Assembly: GCF_000002075.1 (NCBI RefSeq)
Contig: NW_004797857.1
Coordinates: 71,421-135,420 of the forward strand
Length of the DNA: 64,000 bases
DNA from: Aplysia californica
Taxonomy: Eukaryota
Direction: 5' to 3'
In this document: positions 47,801 through 58,607 of the stretch, in pieces
Layout of the letters: every line of letters starts with the position of its first letter
Position numbering within the stretch: the first letter of the stretch is position 1
Made by a program: the position numbers and the translations under genes
Notes under the pieces: generated by a model
Database searches by the model: none
Told to the model about the DNA's origin: nothing
The model's input: only the letters and a program-made list of their open reading frames with translations

Positions 47801-47895
47801 ACGACCCACCTATGTCAGGTGTTGTCTTTGGTGAGCCCACAGACTCGGAGATGGTGTCCATGGACTCAGACTCTGGCCTTGACCCAGGTCAGTGA
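26601..47895 (+). CDS. ZNF318: ZNF318-like matrin-type zinc finger protein (7 exons, about 2,899 aa)
   Basis: Exons 26601-26840, 31919-34822, 36294-37115, 37649-37834, 38812-38908, 41849-41967, 43564-47895 join in frame via GT-AG introns. Finger 1 YEYFDGGNHWCSACGSNCNSADQFLQHCHGKKH; linker RPW...KG.E.M.P..GFYC; finger 2 CTVC...HLKSEEH, then NPMYE; upstream coiled coil ELEKTKKEQGELMRK...DPQL. The arrangement matches vertebrate ZNF318 as I recall it. Confidence 0.85.
27527..27875. repeat. Two clusters of palindromic CTAGCCGTACTTAAGTACGGCTAG repeats
   Basis: Perfect 30-bp palindrome at 27559-27588, plus multiple half-sites in both orientations. Confidence 0.8.
27950..28606 (+). mobile_element. 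Helitron-like non-autonomous element with internal 175-bp tandem array
   Basis: AAACTTGGCA recurs at about 28140, 28315 and 28489; 13-bp-arm hairpin at 28566-28592 followed by CTAG|T at 28603-28607; 5' end not defined. Confidence 0.55.
28749..28907. other. Assembly gap
   Basis: N run. Confidence 1.
29857..30196 (-). mobile_element. tRNA-headed repeat (SINE-like); body duplicated at 27215-27520
   Basis: Minus-strand A box TGGCCGAATGG and B box GGTTCGAATCC; the ~260-bp body is directly repeated 2.6 kb upstream. Confidence 0.6.
31019..31294. mobile_element. piggyBac-like MITE
   Basis: TTAA|CTCTTTATCT ... AGATAAAGAG|TTAA. Confidence 0.7.
31919..34822 (+). CDS. ZNF318: ZNF318-like exon 2 (2.9 kb; includes RS/RSP-rich region at about 33880-34570)
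   Basis: tcacag|GAG; 968 open codons; donor AAG|gtaagc. Confidence 0.93.
36294..37115 (+). CDS. ZNF318: ZNF318-like exon 3 (coiled coil plus Ala/Ser/Lys-rich repeats)
   Basis: cggcag|ATG; donor AAG|gttggt. Confidence 0.9.
36792..36899 (+). repeat. Coding 27-nt repeat (GKSTGSxxx x4)
   Basis: Four consecutive 9-aa units in exon 3. Confidence 0.85.
37649..37834 (+). CDS. ZNF318: ZNF318-like exon 4 (zinc finger 1)
   Basis: gtgtag|CTA ... HWCSAC...HCHGKKHMG|gtatgt. Confidence 0.92.
37980..38109. other. Assembly gap
   Basis: N run. Confidence 1.
38812..38908 (+). CDS. ZNF318: ZNF318-like exon 5 (NIEFVSRPWKD...RIK+G)
   Basis: gtacag| ... AAGG|gtatgt; phase 1. Confidence 0.88.
39053..40830. mobile_element. 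TTAA-flanked MITE interrupted by a hAT-like insertion
   Basis: TTAA|CACTTTGCCC ... GGGTGGAAAGTG|TTAA. Confidence 0.6.
39106..40734. mobile_element. hAT-like non-autonomous element (C[A/T]GGGTTCC TIR, CCTTGAA subterminal repeats)
   Basis: Termini CTGGGTTCCC / GGAACCCTG; 6-bp flanks TGATCG / CGATCG; core 39397-40560 is homologous (inverted) to 62127-63347. Confidence 0.7.
41849..41967 (+). CDS. ZNF318: ZNF318-like exon 6 (zinc finger 2)
   Basis: cctcag|GC ... GFYCTVCKSYCGDYETASAHLKSEEHDNKYA|gtaagt. Confidence 0.92.
43564..47895 (+). CDS. ZNF318: ZNF318-like exon 7 (4.3 kb; poly-Pro, acidic low-complexity tail)
   Basis: tcccag|GAATTC; 1,443 open codons to TGA. Confidence 0.93.
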   Translation, partial: EFIKQNPMYEKQLLLEKATSLSVRKGRKPPEEIRKYWEKSPSPPPNPPPPPPPLPREKPPAPPLPPSSKKSESKSVKNSKAAEKSGDKTQSKGKTGAKRHLRVSGKDAGSDNEDVGETENMTVVDMEIEEEEDDGSGDVDIKVPKMKAKSSSILPPWTPLTSDSAEKVDDSNRQTQESPVEPLEKFVTIGEGGVSDVPVDPTDLDLSTIPIPDEPTSSVPVEQAPAVTPNPEEVPTVKSWQDYQREKDQELEEEKRMMGIDVDAEEEKPMAVVPVRPPVVYVKSELLPSEIPEDKATSSGAEKEGKQKQKNPNTLFAKAHGHIANPKAKLKAVGPQSITDEDFEAKIQNEIKARLAQEKEKMIKKKLRQEQQAEKKEKKLLEELEQKRRRIYSDSESSSEDSDDAEDVERPLESGAQMPSEMSVTQFSEVEAASQYPTQTFGTESEAGTGFLYPANTGHLGGDSAVSTATDYEGLVPATPSENQANVQAENSAPDLTNQAYSLPGSSELHGDIPFPEIASTSVGGGAVDGPSMGVSEKVEMSSTQVEGSSLTDLPLLKDETADSTTTELSASTGETSVTVSLEMPALEGETAPNLILNQGSVNSGLEGKTEVADGSHSFAESCPTEAVISSANKNVDVMLAEADSGVLPAPGVDSAHDNQLEESLHSVDSTTELGTASIKAEQKMENFGEESDPKAVSKEKQSSHVSKESQLKRTTTKAKVKTAPKAGAKEKPGVPSSEGEISDLTACFAYADLSVARHAQSVAQTKQTVKQKTASQAKDIKSVSRKAKTPKAKRQVKKKSNEAAAGKGSGSGAVSDDEMDTDEFERMAELMLGENLIVLSEVNEEEAEAAVADARPEDVVSGTSAEAGGSSEIPNVEPAGGGACVPEDEAAEVQQKQGLTEADYPANTEGDAYYKHLKEQSESAGEVEGSGVSSLPVSAPEVSSLQPVVMVEDLCVPAPQHEVSARGNEPPECVGGANVVQSLEGGEQGLDAGSGDVENVPVVEQSELHSEVLEVSRVKGGRGRGKKGGRGRGRRGAAQSRASAASSEPVAEKCETPSLSETTGEHLEEEQTAVVVEGVSSGRTRSKRLTRGQMAAEEKTRSSSRLTRSKLQDNLSVTAESQADTAESQADTTKSQADTAKSQADTAEGQADTAESQADIYIAEGQADTAESQADIYIAEGQADTAEIQADIYIAEGQADTTLGSGEMEVLPDTVCSQGVDSVEMSISLCQFQQEAASQVEMTDPSIDPVEDNVPMPQLDLENPSGISADSSDVNASDVPTINDIPVVDPDNAQCVSDSDSDATITEETEEAAGIIVVETGVGEATVTEALDVVEAGQQLLEADQPSVPFEINEEADEPDSVTDAMMLMNAGIAEPLATSSNSCAASEDVALTTPFWESLDQQQTSSPTPANDPPMSGVVFGEPTDSEMVSMDSDSGLDPGQ
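46918..47166 (+). repeat. Coding minisatellite: 11 units of TAESQAD-type (21 nt) and IYIAEGQAD (27 nt)
   Basis: 8x21 + 3x27 nt, all frame-preserving. Confidence 0.9.
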
Positions 47896-49560
47896 CTGTT
47901 GTGATGCTTAGTTCTCATTTATATTCATAGTGATAGTTTTTTAAAATGAAACTTTAAGGGATCTGAAAAGGATTCACTTTAATTTGTAATAATTGGATAG
48001 CTGTGCCCATCATTACTTTAAATTTAAGAACATTCACAAAATTTCTGTCTATGCCATTGCCAAACTGCCTCAACTACGGCTTGCTAAATTTACAGAAACA
48101 AGATAAAGTGGGTTTTTTTAAGGATGCAATGTCTTTATAAATCCTCTGATGCTGAATATCAAACTTAAGTTGTTATGATTGTGAGTCCAGCCCTTAACCA
48201 CAAGATGGTCAGATAGCAAACACATAATATTATTGTATGAAACAAGTTCATAGCCAGATTGGTACATAATGAGAAGATTTTTGAGTTCTGCCAATTTTGC
48301 CACGTGCTTGTTAGACTATTCCTTTTGTTAGCACTTATTTATCATCTGTCTCTTCGAATTTTAAACTCGTACTTGTTTTCTTTTGTACTGTCATTGTCTC
48401 CTTTCACCAGTCCTCCAGTTCTCCTTTACATATTTAAATACAAGTTATCAGAGACTGATTTGCATGGTTAAAAAAAAACGAAGTCCCTTTCACTTTTTCT
48501 GTGGTGAAATCCTTGCTGTTTTGCATCTTCCATCTCTGTGTCTTTGTTTCTCAAAGGAGATCTCTCGCTTTGGTTTCCCCAGAAGTCAGGGTCTCAGGTA
48601 ACTGCTCTTGGTCTTTATAAACAAGTTGTGGACTTTTCCTTGATACAAAGACCTGTCAGTGTGTCTGCAATGTTTTTGCAGTGAAGATATATGCAGGTCT
48701 TCCAGCACTGTATACTCTTTACTTATCTTCTTACTATGATATCACGATATAATGGACTGCCCAACCTTTGTGCTTGACACTTGGATATTTTTTGTTTGTT
48801 TTCGTTTTATGTGATTTTAGTAGAGCTTTAGTTGTGTGAGCTTTTTGTGCTGTTCAATAGTTCAATTGTAATTTCTTTTTTCCTGGACTTTGTCCTCGTT
48901 TTTCCACCCTTGTCGTAATAATGTACTTTCAATACTTTCTTCTGCTTTGGCTCTACCGGTGTGTGCGTTTACTGTTCTGGAGAAGTTCTGTATTTTCAGA
49001 CACCTTTCTCGGGATGTTTTATTAAAACAGTGTAAGGGAGGGTAGCCTATTTGGCAACTAAGTTTTGACCATGAAAATTTCATGAAATAGTAATTCGATA
49101 CTGTCTCTTCTTTAATTGTGGCGTCCCTCTGATTTGTGGTTCTGTAATCACTGCTGGTTTTGAAGTTTAAATATATAGCGAAGGCCACTTAATATGGGAC
49201 CATCATATTTTTTTTGTTTAACTGGGTTTCCCGTTTAGAGAGGTTGCTCAAATAGAAGTTTAAAAGAATTGGAGATTTTCTTTTCTTTTGGTTTACAGCT
49301 GTTTTGGGTGTAACTGTGTTTGTTATGAGGGGAATCCGCTGAATTTTGTCTGGGTCTTTTAAAATTTCATGAAGCAAAATTATCCAGAAAGTGAAGTTGT
49401 ACACTGGTATTATGGATGAGATCACAAGCTGTAGAACATGCCATGCAATATATAGCTGTTATTCTGTCTGCACAAGCTGCATGCATGTGGGTAGTTAAAG
49501 ATTGTTTTCTTTTCTCCCCTCCCCTTCCCCGCCATGCCCTTGACCGTATGTCGTTGACAG

Positions 49561-49661
49561 TGTCAGATGTGTCACCTCTGGCAGGACTGAACCTGGGCCT
49601 CGAGGAAGAAGACGGCCCTTTACAGTTCTCTATGGTAGACAATGAGGAAAACTCTATGTAG
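49561..49661 (+). CDS. Candidate alternative last exon of ZNF318-like gene (VSDVSPLAGLNLGLEEEDGPLQFSMVDNEENSM*)
   Basis: Pyrimidine tract plus ttgacag acceptor; in frame with phase-1 donor CCAG|gtcagt at 47887; acidic composition like exon 7; AATAAA about 17 nt after the stop. Confidence 0.55.
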
Positions 49662-51474
49662 ATATGATGACTTATTTAATAAATTGTTTGTTTTATTGTC
49701 AACTGTTCTTTGCTTGTAAATAGTTTTTTAATGTTTTTTTTGTCCAAGGTAAAAATAAAGCTTGCTTCAATGTGTCATTGTTGAAAATTTTATTTTGCAT
49801 GCATGTACCTTTATTGAATTATTTTTGGTCTCCAATACACATTCTTCAAAGAAGTACATTGTTGTTATTATGTTGAGGCCTCATAGAAACAGAGAGGCTT
49901 GGACATAGTGCCACCACAAATGTAATTTTGTAAATTAAAAGAACAGAGTGAGTTTATGTAAATACCTATGTAAGAAGAACATTTCAATTTACCGCATGGA
50001 CGCTGGTGTTAGTGGTTGTGAATATTGAAATAAAAGCAACAGCTTGACTTAATGCTGAGCTTTGATTAAAATGGAGGTAATGCTGAGCTTTTATTAAAAT
50101 CTTCATGGTTCCTTCCACTCACATGTCTTTTGCATCTTTTTTATTCAGGGAAACTGGGATGGGTTTTGTCGTGAAGTTAAACACAGAGGTGCTGATTTTC
50201 CGCAATATATAGGGAAATCCATATTTCTAACATTGTCCGGATTTTGTGGTATAGTCCTGCTCATACATTTATTTACATATTAATCTTTTTTTGCATGCCG
50301 TATTGAACCATATGAATATGAAAATAAACTTCATAAAAGATGCATTAGACTTTATGATTCGTAAAGTTTGAGTCTCCGTGTGCACGTTTCCATGGTGTCC
50401 AACCCCAACAAGTTCAAAATTTTTTTTTTAGCCAGTTGGCATCTCTGTAGACATACCTTACTAAATACAGAAAGGAAATTATTACGAACAATAAACTTTT
50501 CTCAACCCTGACTAAAAACTAATTCTTTGTTGTATGGTGTTTTCTGATTTCTTTTGTCATCCATCTTCGTGTGTATGAATTTTTTTTCTTGTTTTAATTA
50601 TTCAGAATTCGTCTTATGTTTTGATATTATATATGTGTTCAAATTTCTTTTTTCCCTCAGCTATTAGTTGGGATTCATTTTTATGTTTTTTCCACAGCTA
50701 AATCATATCGTACTGAAATATTTGCTATTAGTTATTTGCAGTTTTAGATTGCTTTTTTTTTGAGAAACACTTACTTGAGACACCCTCTCTTAAAGTAAGT
50801 GAAAAGTGTTTTTTGTGCATGATGTCAGTGACCCACTCGTGGCTCCATAGCATGGAGACCCTGAAAGAGCATAGTAGGTCAAGTAAATTCAGAATGGAGG
50901 GCTCAAGTAGACTTTTACTGTTATGTTTGTACGGGTTTTAAAAAAATGTTTGGTCTTCTTTTTCGTGCTCCTTGCAAAACCACACACTTAGTACCGGTAT
51001 GTATTCCCAATTATGTTGTAAAACATTTTTGAATGGTTCAGAAGTTTTGGTCAAGTGGTTTTTGTTCTTGCCTCTTACCTCTTATTAAGTTCTGTTTTTG
51101 AACCTATACATTTACTTTAAAAGTGTTATTTGTTTGAGTAAAGAGGTACACATTGACGGTATTACTGCCATTTAGTCTAGGAAAAAATAAGACGGATAGA
51201 AACAACAAAAAGATAGGAAAGAAGTAGAACCAACAACCTGTGACGCCCTCCAACCGCCGGCTAACATATCTTAAGCCGATTTCAAATCATAAAATAAAGA
51301 TTGTGCCTCATTTGCATGATGAGAAGTATTTGACAGCCGTTTATCTTTGAAGGGGATGTTGGTGGGCATTATGATTGCACATGTTGGCCTTGTGTCCTAA
51401 TCTGATGAAATGTGGCAGTTATCATACGCTCTCATAAGATTAAGGCTCATCCTACACTTCTCAACATGTTATAA

Positions 51475-51909
51475 CCTGGCTTGTGCTAATGGGGGTGGCT
51501 TGTAGATGTACTGTATTTGGACCTCTTCGACTAACCGCAACAACAAACTGACTGCAGTGCGCTGACAAAAAATCGAAGTGGGTTAACTTTGACGGTTGAT
51601 GCCAATATAAGTTAATTTAACCAATGCTGCAATTTTTCAGCGAGAATAGAAGACCGGAGTTCTCATCTAAAGTGGTTTTTGCATATATATGATCACAACA
51701 AGGAAATGTTATGTTTTAGATTTTAATTAATAAATTAACACATGTCAATAAAATTCCATGTTGTGAGTGCCTTGGTGAAAGATTGAAAAAGTAAACCACC
51801 CGTCCACTTCCCACTGATGAGAGCTTATGTAGATTAACTCCCGCAGTATTTCTCACAGCCAGTGACCCATTTGTCCAGATCTATGGTCATTAACATTGCA
51901 TAAGCAGGG
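51475..51909. mobile_element. Degenerate piggyBac-like MITE
   Basis: ATAA|CCTGGCTTGTGCTAATG ... CATTGCATAAGCAGGG|TTAA. Confidence 0.45.
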
Positions 51910-52766
51910 TTAACGAGCACAGTGAAATTTATTTTGAGAAGGGCCTTGACTTTGATGTGATGTAGGCCTCTTTGTCGTCTGTGGTTGGGTTGGTTAGAGT
52001 TTTTTGTTAATCAGTATGAGTAGGCCTCTATGTTGTATCATAAAATTTCACTTTTTAGTTTTGTTTACATTTAAAATCATGCTCCTTTTGAACATTGGCG
52101 TAATTAAATAGTAATTTAAAGATTTTCTTAATAGGGTTTGAAGAATTTTAGATATTTGTGTATTTCACATTGCATTGTCAATTGCCCCGTTTTCTTTCCT
52201 TCCTTATATAATTTGGGTCTGTTATTAGGCACTGTTTGAAGAGATACACATGTGTTGGTATGATGATAAGGAGTATTTCCATATTTGTGATTGTAGTTTT
52301 ATATATTGCTTTTGGATCCTTTCTCGTTTCGTGTATTGTGTCGTTTCGTGTATTGTGTTCACTGTGTAATTACAATTATATTATATACATGATATAAACT
52401 CGTTTATTTAAAGAGATGCCCAAGCTAGTTGAATTATTGGAGTTGGAGGATTGTTACTGCATGTGTGCTGTTACCTTTGTTGGTAAGACTTAAACAAGAT
52501 TCAAATATATGTCACTCTGGTTTTGATTGTTTTCTAGACTTGTGTGTTGTTTGAAAAGATCAAAGTTTTTATTAACTCTTCTGTTGTGAATCCTTTTGAA
52601 GATTAACACTCAGTCATTCACTAATAATAGGCTTTCTAATCCAACTTATGAGATGACTTGGTTTGTGTTGAAAAGGGTGCTTTGAGTTTGAGTACAATCA
52701 ACATAGTTGTATGTGCACTAACTACATAGTTTAGCCACATAGGTTCAGATACTAGATTTTATGCAG

Positions 52767-52937
52767 GACCAGTTGTCTTCAGAGAACAGGTGAGTACATG
52801 GAAACTTCAGCTGCGCTCGTTTACATTCCTTTCTTTAGACGAAAGAAAAACATAGTTTGAATAGAGTTCATTTTGTGCTAGTGTTTCTACACATATTTTA
52901 TGTATACCCCTGTTTTGCCCAGGCATCTTCTGTCTGA
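52767..52937 (+). CDS. Candidate second alternative ending (micro-exon 52767-52789 plus 52923-52937; GPVVFREQ-ASSV*)
   Basis: atgcag|23 nt|gtgagt, then tttgcccag|GCATCTTCTGTCTGA; phases fit the 47887 donor; tandem AATAAA at about 52961. Confidence 0.4.
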
Positions 52938-53809
52938 CAAGTATTGAAAAAGAAATTGGCAATAAAAATAAAAATGGATGAGCTCACCATACATTTTTGT
53001 ACTGCTTTGTTGCTTGTATGTTGTACAATTTTTAAATATTTTTTAGGGCATCGGCTCAACTACTAAGCTCACATTTCAAATACAAGTTGGTGTATTATAT
53101 GGGTCATTTTCCAAATCTATCTTCTCTCCTCTCCCCCCCCCCTTTTTTTTTTTCTCTTGATGAGTCTTTCTTCACACAATTATCTGAATTGTCTACTATC
53201 TTCCTCTTGCAAAACAAGCACCATGGGTAGTATAATAAGTATCAATGGAGAACTCTTCATCTCTACCAAAAACAGTGGCAGAATGAGCTTCATTATTTAT
53301 TTGTCTAATGCATCATGATGGTCACAGTTCTTGTACCATCAAATGCATCGTATTTGTCAGCTTCTCTGAGAGCCTCTGGAGGATAATGTTCTGTAACGTT
53401 TTGTTTAAAAAAATAAAATGTAGCTGTTTTTATGCCCCCCATCAACACGATTTAGATCATTATTAAGTAGGCAGTCTTCAACAATGCCTATTGAGGCTAA
53501 TCCAGGCTGAGACCCGAGAACCCAGCATGATAAAGATGTTGCAAGCAACGAAGTCCGTTTGGGTAGGCCTACTTTTTACCACAGAGACAAAAAACTAGTT
53601 TTTTTGTTGTGTTGATCCTTCAGAATCAGGAATAGCAAGAAAATTGCCAGCCTTGACCATACAATAAACTGAATTTTGATGATTTTGAATAAAGGTGCAT
53701 CTTTGATAAGATAAAACTTTTGGAAGGTGTAAAAATTAAAAAACTCTTGGAATTTGGACTTAAGTGGATTGCTTACAACAGCGAAGATAAGGACTGCTGA
53801 GGTACTTGA

Positions 53810-53887
53810 TAAAAATTCTCCCCTCTCGGGAATTGAACTTGGGTCTCCTGCATGCGACGGTGAAGCACCTAACCGCAACACTATAGA
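53810..53887 (-). mobile_element. tRNA(Asp-like)-derived SINE head; second decayed copy at about 54172-54260
   Basis: Reverse complement resembles tRNA-Asp with degenerate A/B boxes; stems are broken, so not a functional tRNA. Confidence 0.5.
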
Positions 53888-55671
53888 TACTGGTCTACTG
53901 TTACCGGTACATGATATTTGTTAGATATTTCATAGAAATGACGCAAACTTTATGATGCTTCAGTGATCTTAACAAGTAGATTTAACCTTTTGGAATCGGC
54001 ACTGAAAATAATTGAGAAGATTAAGTTTTTTTCCTTTTTTAATACATGTTTTTACTTTTACGTCCCCATTGGCACAATTTAGATCAATTAGGTGGGCTTC
54101 CAACCCTGCTGTCAGGGTCAACCTGGGGCTGAGAGGTATACAACATCTCAGCAGAAGAACGAGTTGCTCGATAAAAATGTTCTCCCTACTACTTTGGAAT
54201 CAAACTGGGGTCTCCTGTGTGCGACAGGAAAGTGCTTAACTACTACACCACACACCACAGACATTGGTATTATGAGTAAAATTTGCCATAGTTTAACCAT
54301 TTGAGTAAAACTAAAACTGAGAATGTAATACTTGAATGGGTAATGTCATTGTGTGGCCGTGGGTGTCTGCTTTCTATCTTTGATTTGGTCTTTGTCTGAC
54401 AAAATTGTGACATCCCGCTGGTAACATTAGTAAGTGTACATGTAGTAAGTGAAACATCATCAAGTTTTTTCATTTAATAATTTTTTATATATAATATATA
54501 TGGAGGTGACTTTAAGATATTGAGCAAAACCTCAGGGTTTTTTTTCAAACTTATGTGCTTCTTAAATTTCCCATCGTCAAAGTCAAAGTGACTATAATTT
54601 TGGAACCAAAGCCAACACTGGATAGTACAGTACAAGTAGGCTACCAAAATTGAACAAAAGAGCGACTTTGCAAATTTCTTCCCTGTGTTCTTGCTACATT
54701 ACATTCTGTTTCCCCTTTTGTTTGGCTTAAAGAATGTTGCAGTGCAGAGGAAAAGGGATCTCTTTATACGCTCAAATATGATATCAACTTTGATGGTGGT
54801 AACTTAGATTTGATATATATGATTTCTAATTTTAAAATTTGCTTGAACTTTGTTTTCAAGAGATAAATCTAGTCTACTTTAAACTACTTATCAAAAAAAT
54901 TGAAGTGCAGGATTTTATAAGGTACCACCTGGTTAATATTCATTTAATAATTTATATAGAAAAACTTGCACTGTGTTGTGAAAGGCATGAAGCTCACGGG
55001 TAGGAGTAGGAGGGTATCACCACACAGCAAGGCTACTTAATATTAGTTGTGTAAGGATTTACGGCACTTGCAACTGCATAAGGTCATATGAGCGCCAAGG
55101 GGTGGATGTCAACAGAGAAGTCCAAACGGAGAATCAGGCCAACTCTGCTCACCTCTCTAGCCTCAACAGCTCAAACTCAAAGTCTTCGACTATCAAGGGA
55201 TCCCGGAAATTGCAGTTGACAAGAGAGTGACAAACATACAGAAGAAGTAGAGAAAAAAGGACGATAGTACGATAAGGATGAGGAAAGAAAAAGCAGCTGT
55301 TCCCCCAATGTTGTTCTTGCACGGTAGGAGCATGACATTGAAAAATCAGCCCATTTACAATTACGCTGTGCATAAGAAGAACATGTTAATATCCCCCCTT
55401 TTGGAATGGCCTTAAAGACCCTTCAGTCAGTTGCACGGCCCTGGGAGGCAGCAAGGCTACAATGATCTCGACAGCTCAGTAGGACTTTGTCATACGTCAC
55501 TTTTCACAATGGTTTAAGGTGGAGTCTTACACTTTTATCTTTCCCTACATGTATTATGCAGTTGGTCTGATGCTGGGGGGGAGAGGTTCCAGTATGTATG
55601 ATATAACATGTTTACAAATAACTTAGACTGAACACGGTTAAACCGAAAACAGTGGTAAATAACGAAAATAA

Positions 55672-55851
55672 CTGTCCCCGTGGTTTTGTGCACCCCGAAT
55701 AATTTAGCAAAATTTGATAATTTAGCATAATTTCTGATTATTTTCCGTTATCATTCTTTGTTATCAAAATTAACAGAATCACATCATTTCACATTTCTGG
55801 GCTCAGTTTGCATAATTTCAGAATTTTTCTTGCATAAAACGACGGGGACAG
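55672..55851. mobile_element. MITE with CTGTCCCCGT TIR (short copy)
   Basis: CTGTCCCCGT...ACGGGGACAG; flanks AAATAA/AAAGAA; GCATAAT subterminal motifs. Confidence 0.65.
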
Positions 55852-56285
55852 AAAGAAAGTTCCCAATTTTATTCCATCAGTGCTGCAGGCTTCAGTTTAA
55901 CTAGTTTAAGCAGACTCCACTGTATTGCTGTTGTAAAATTAAAAGTAGGCTGCTGTTTCCTGTTACAGAGAAATACTGTAGCCAACAATTAATACCCTTG
56001 AGGAAATTTAAATTGATGGAAAAACGTACTCGACACTTAACGTTTTTTCGAAGCACTTCTGTTTAACAAGATTAATGTAAATAAATTCTCTTGTCCTGTA
56101 ATGATAAAGTTTGTGTCATCAAGGTTTTACTGTAGATTTTGATTAGCATTGCAAGAAAATGAGAAAGATTTGTGACACGCTGTCCTCAAATTGACATTTC
56201 CTGTTTGATAAAACATGATCGCAAGTTACTCATCAGTACTATCAAAAACTAAGACAAAGATAAGATCATCACTACAGGTAGGCTA

Positions 56286-56467
56286 CAGTGCAGCCTCTCT
56301 ATAACGACGTCGTCGGGGCCAGAAAAAAATGTTGTTATATTAAGTTATAGAGAGGCAACCAAAAATTACTACATGTAATGTATAAAAGGAAAAAAAGGGA
56401 ATTGGGCATCACGTCGCTATATCGAGGATGTCATTATATCGAAGGTTGATACAGAGAGGCTGGACTG
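56286..56467. mobile_element. pogo/Tigger-like MITE
   Basis: TA|CAGTGCAGCCTCTCT ... AGAGAGGCTGGACTG|TA. Confidence 0.75.
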
Positions 56468-56826
56468 TACTTTTAGTTAATGGTAACAGTAAATCAGTAC
56501 AGGTCCTATCTACTATCTGGCAGAAAATCACTCAGTAAATATTCTACCTGGTCTTCTTTTTGTGTAACACACTTCATAATGCAATCAAGTTGATCATCCT
56601 CATGCCACAAGTGAAAAAAAGTGAAGATAATGCTTTCACAGTAATGTGGAAAGCACTCACATTTTAGACTTTTTACAACCACTCCATATTTAATGAAAAC
56701 ATTAAGTTCTAACCACTTGAGCAGTCTGTCTCTCGTAGTACTAGTTTAAAAAATTGGGTTAGCTATAGGACGTTTGTACAGTACTTGTACTTGGTTTGTG
56801 CAGACATAAATGAGTTAAAGAGGCAT

Positions 56827-57400
56827 CATGGTGAATTCAAGCGGTTGTCAACACAATGTTAAAGAAACCAGTTTTTTTCTGGGCATTTGGCAAATTTTAT
56901 GTTTTTAAATTCTTTTTTTTAGATCAACACCTTTTACATCCTTATATAAAACTAATAAAAGCACATTTCTGCGTGGATTTTTCGGAAAAACGTTGATTAA
57001 AGGCACAAAAAAAAGTAAATTTTAATCCAAGGACTCTCAAGCTATGGAAGTCATCAAACTTTGGTGGCTATTTTCTTGCTAGTTTCACTGCTCAAACCAG
57101 GTGACCCACGCCTCCTTCAATCATAAACATCTTGACTTCCATTCAAGTTGGAAGGGTATTTTTTTAATCGAAAGGCAGACAAATTAAGAAGATTTAAGAT
57201 GATAGGGGCCTACCAATAACTCCATATGCCCAAAAATTGATGAGCGCCTGATTCCATGTGTCGTGACATATTTTAAATCGTTACATTATTACATGTATTG
57301 TTGCATAACTCCATATGCCCAAAAATTGATGAGCGCCTGATTCCATGTGTCGTGACATATTTTAAATCGTTACATTATTACATGATTACATGTATTGTTG
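56827..57400 (+). mobile_element. MITE copy (inverted paralogue at 59887-60306) with ~88-bp tandem duplication of its right end
   Basis: Shared internal segment AATAAA..CAC.TTTCTG.GTGGATTTT..GAAAAAC...AAGGCACAAAAAA; 57216-57303 is repeated at 57306-57400. Confidence 0.6.
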
Positions 57401-58601
57401 CACTTAAAACTTAATAATAATAAACAACATGTGTATCAGTATAATTATGAGCTCCTTTTTCAAGTAAAATCTCCTCAGTCAGTGTTAATCAATAATCTAA
57501 GGAAAGGAATAAAATCAGATTAACAATCGAGTAGATACTTGGCGAAAAAGGTACTTTATTGCTTATAAATTATATAAACGTCAATAATAATTTCATTGAA
57601 GCAAAACAGAACATGATTTATAAATTCTTTTCATCACATTGTACAGACCTAGACTGGACCTAAATATATCTGTAAACTTGCGTTAGGCCTGGATTCAACC
57701 TCAAAGAAGCAATAACATTTTAAATATTTATGAGGTACCACGTTTCTCAAAAGTTTATAACAGCATCAGATTCTATTGCTACCACTTGTGACATAAGACT
57801 TTGAGTGATGGCAAAGCTCACTCGGATTGTCCCCACTGACTTGTGTTGGGAACAGAGTTTAATTTATAATTTAGCAATATCAACATGTACTTGTATAACG
57901 TGATCTCAGACTCAGGGCAGAAAAATGAGCATTCGAAATGCAAATGAAAGATATAACTTGAGCACACCAATAAATCGATATCAAAACTAGAACAGTTCAC
58001 CTTTGAGATAACACAATACTGAATATAAAACTCTGAACTTTAGCATGTAATGTCTGAAGATTTTTTATACTAAAAAATACTACATAATCCTCCGTGAATA
58101 ATTGATGTACAGTACTGATTTAATGATATAATAAAGGGACTTGAGTGAACAAATCAAAGTCTATATATATATGTGACAAGAGAAGTGTTTCCATGCCAAA
58201 CTGATCATTGCTGTACTGCAAAAAAAAAGGTCTCTATTCTCAATAATGTCAAGGAGAGCACAGCTACACTATGACTATGAGTGATTCATTTTATGACATT
58301 ACTGTACTTTAAGTTAAGAAAAGGCAAGTGAAGCACAAGAATTGGCAAACAAGAAGACTTTCGAAAGTGCTGCTTTGCGTCTAAACATTTCATCAGTGAC
58401 AATAGGGTGGAACGCAAATGAGACAAAAATGTCAAGCTTGTAAGGAAGAGGTTGTTGATTAGAATGGGGACTGAAAGAATCAATAAACCAAGTGATGCTG
58501 TCCTTAACTCCTAAAGGCAATAGATAAAAAACAACAACAAAACAAATGAGTCATTAAAAAAATACTAACTAAAAGTAAAAGTCAAAAGTTAAATCCAAGC
58601 T

Positions 58602-58607
58602 TTTATT
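58602..58607 (-). terminator. Candidate polyadenylation signal (AATAAA) of the MIEN1-like gene; alternative at 57555-57560
   Basis: TTTATT on + strand about 85 nt downstream of the SECIS, followed by a U-rich tract on the minus strand. Confidence 0.45.

Noticed and set aside
53810-54260. tRNA genes (also 610-670, 22820-22890, 30112-30196)
   Set aside because: A/B boxes are partly present but the cloverleaf stems are broken; treated as SINE heads or relics.
58340-58400. Second possible SECIS (minus strand AUGAA...AAA)
   Set aside because: No complementary 3' arm or correctly placed GA, so helix II cannot form.
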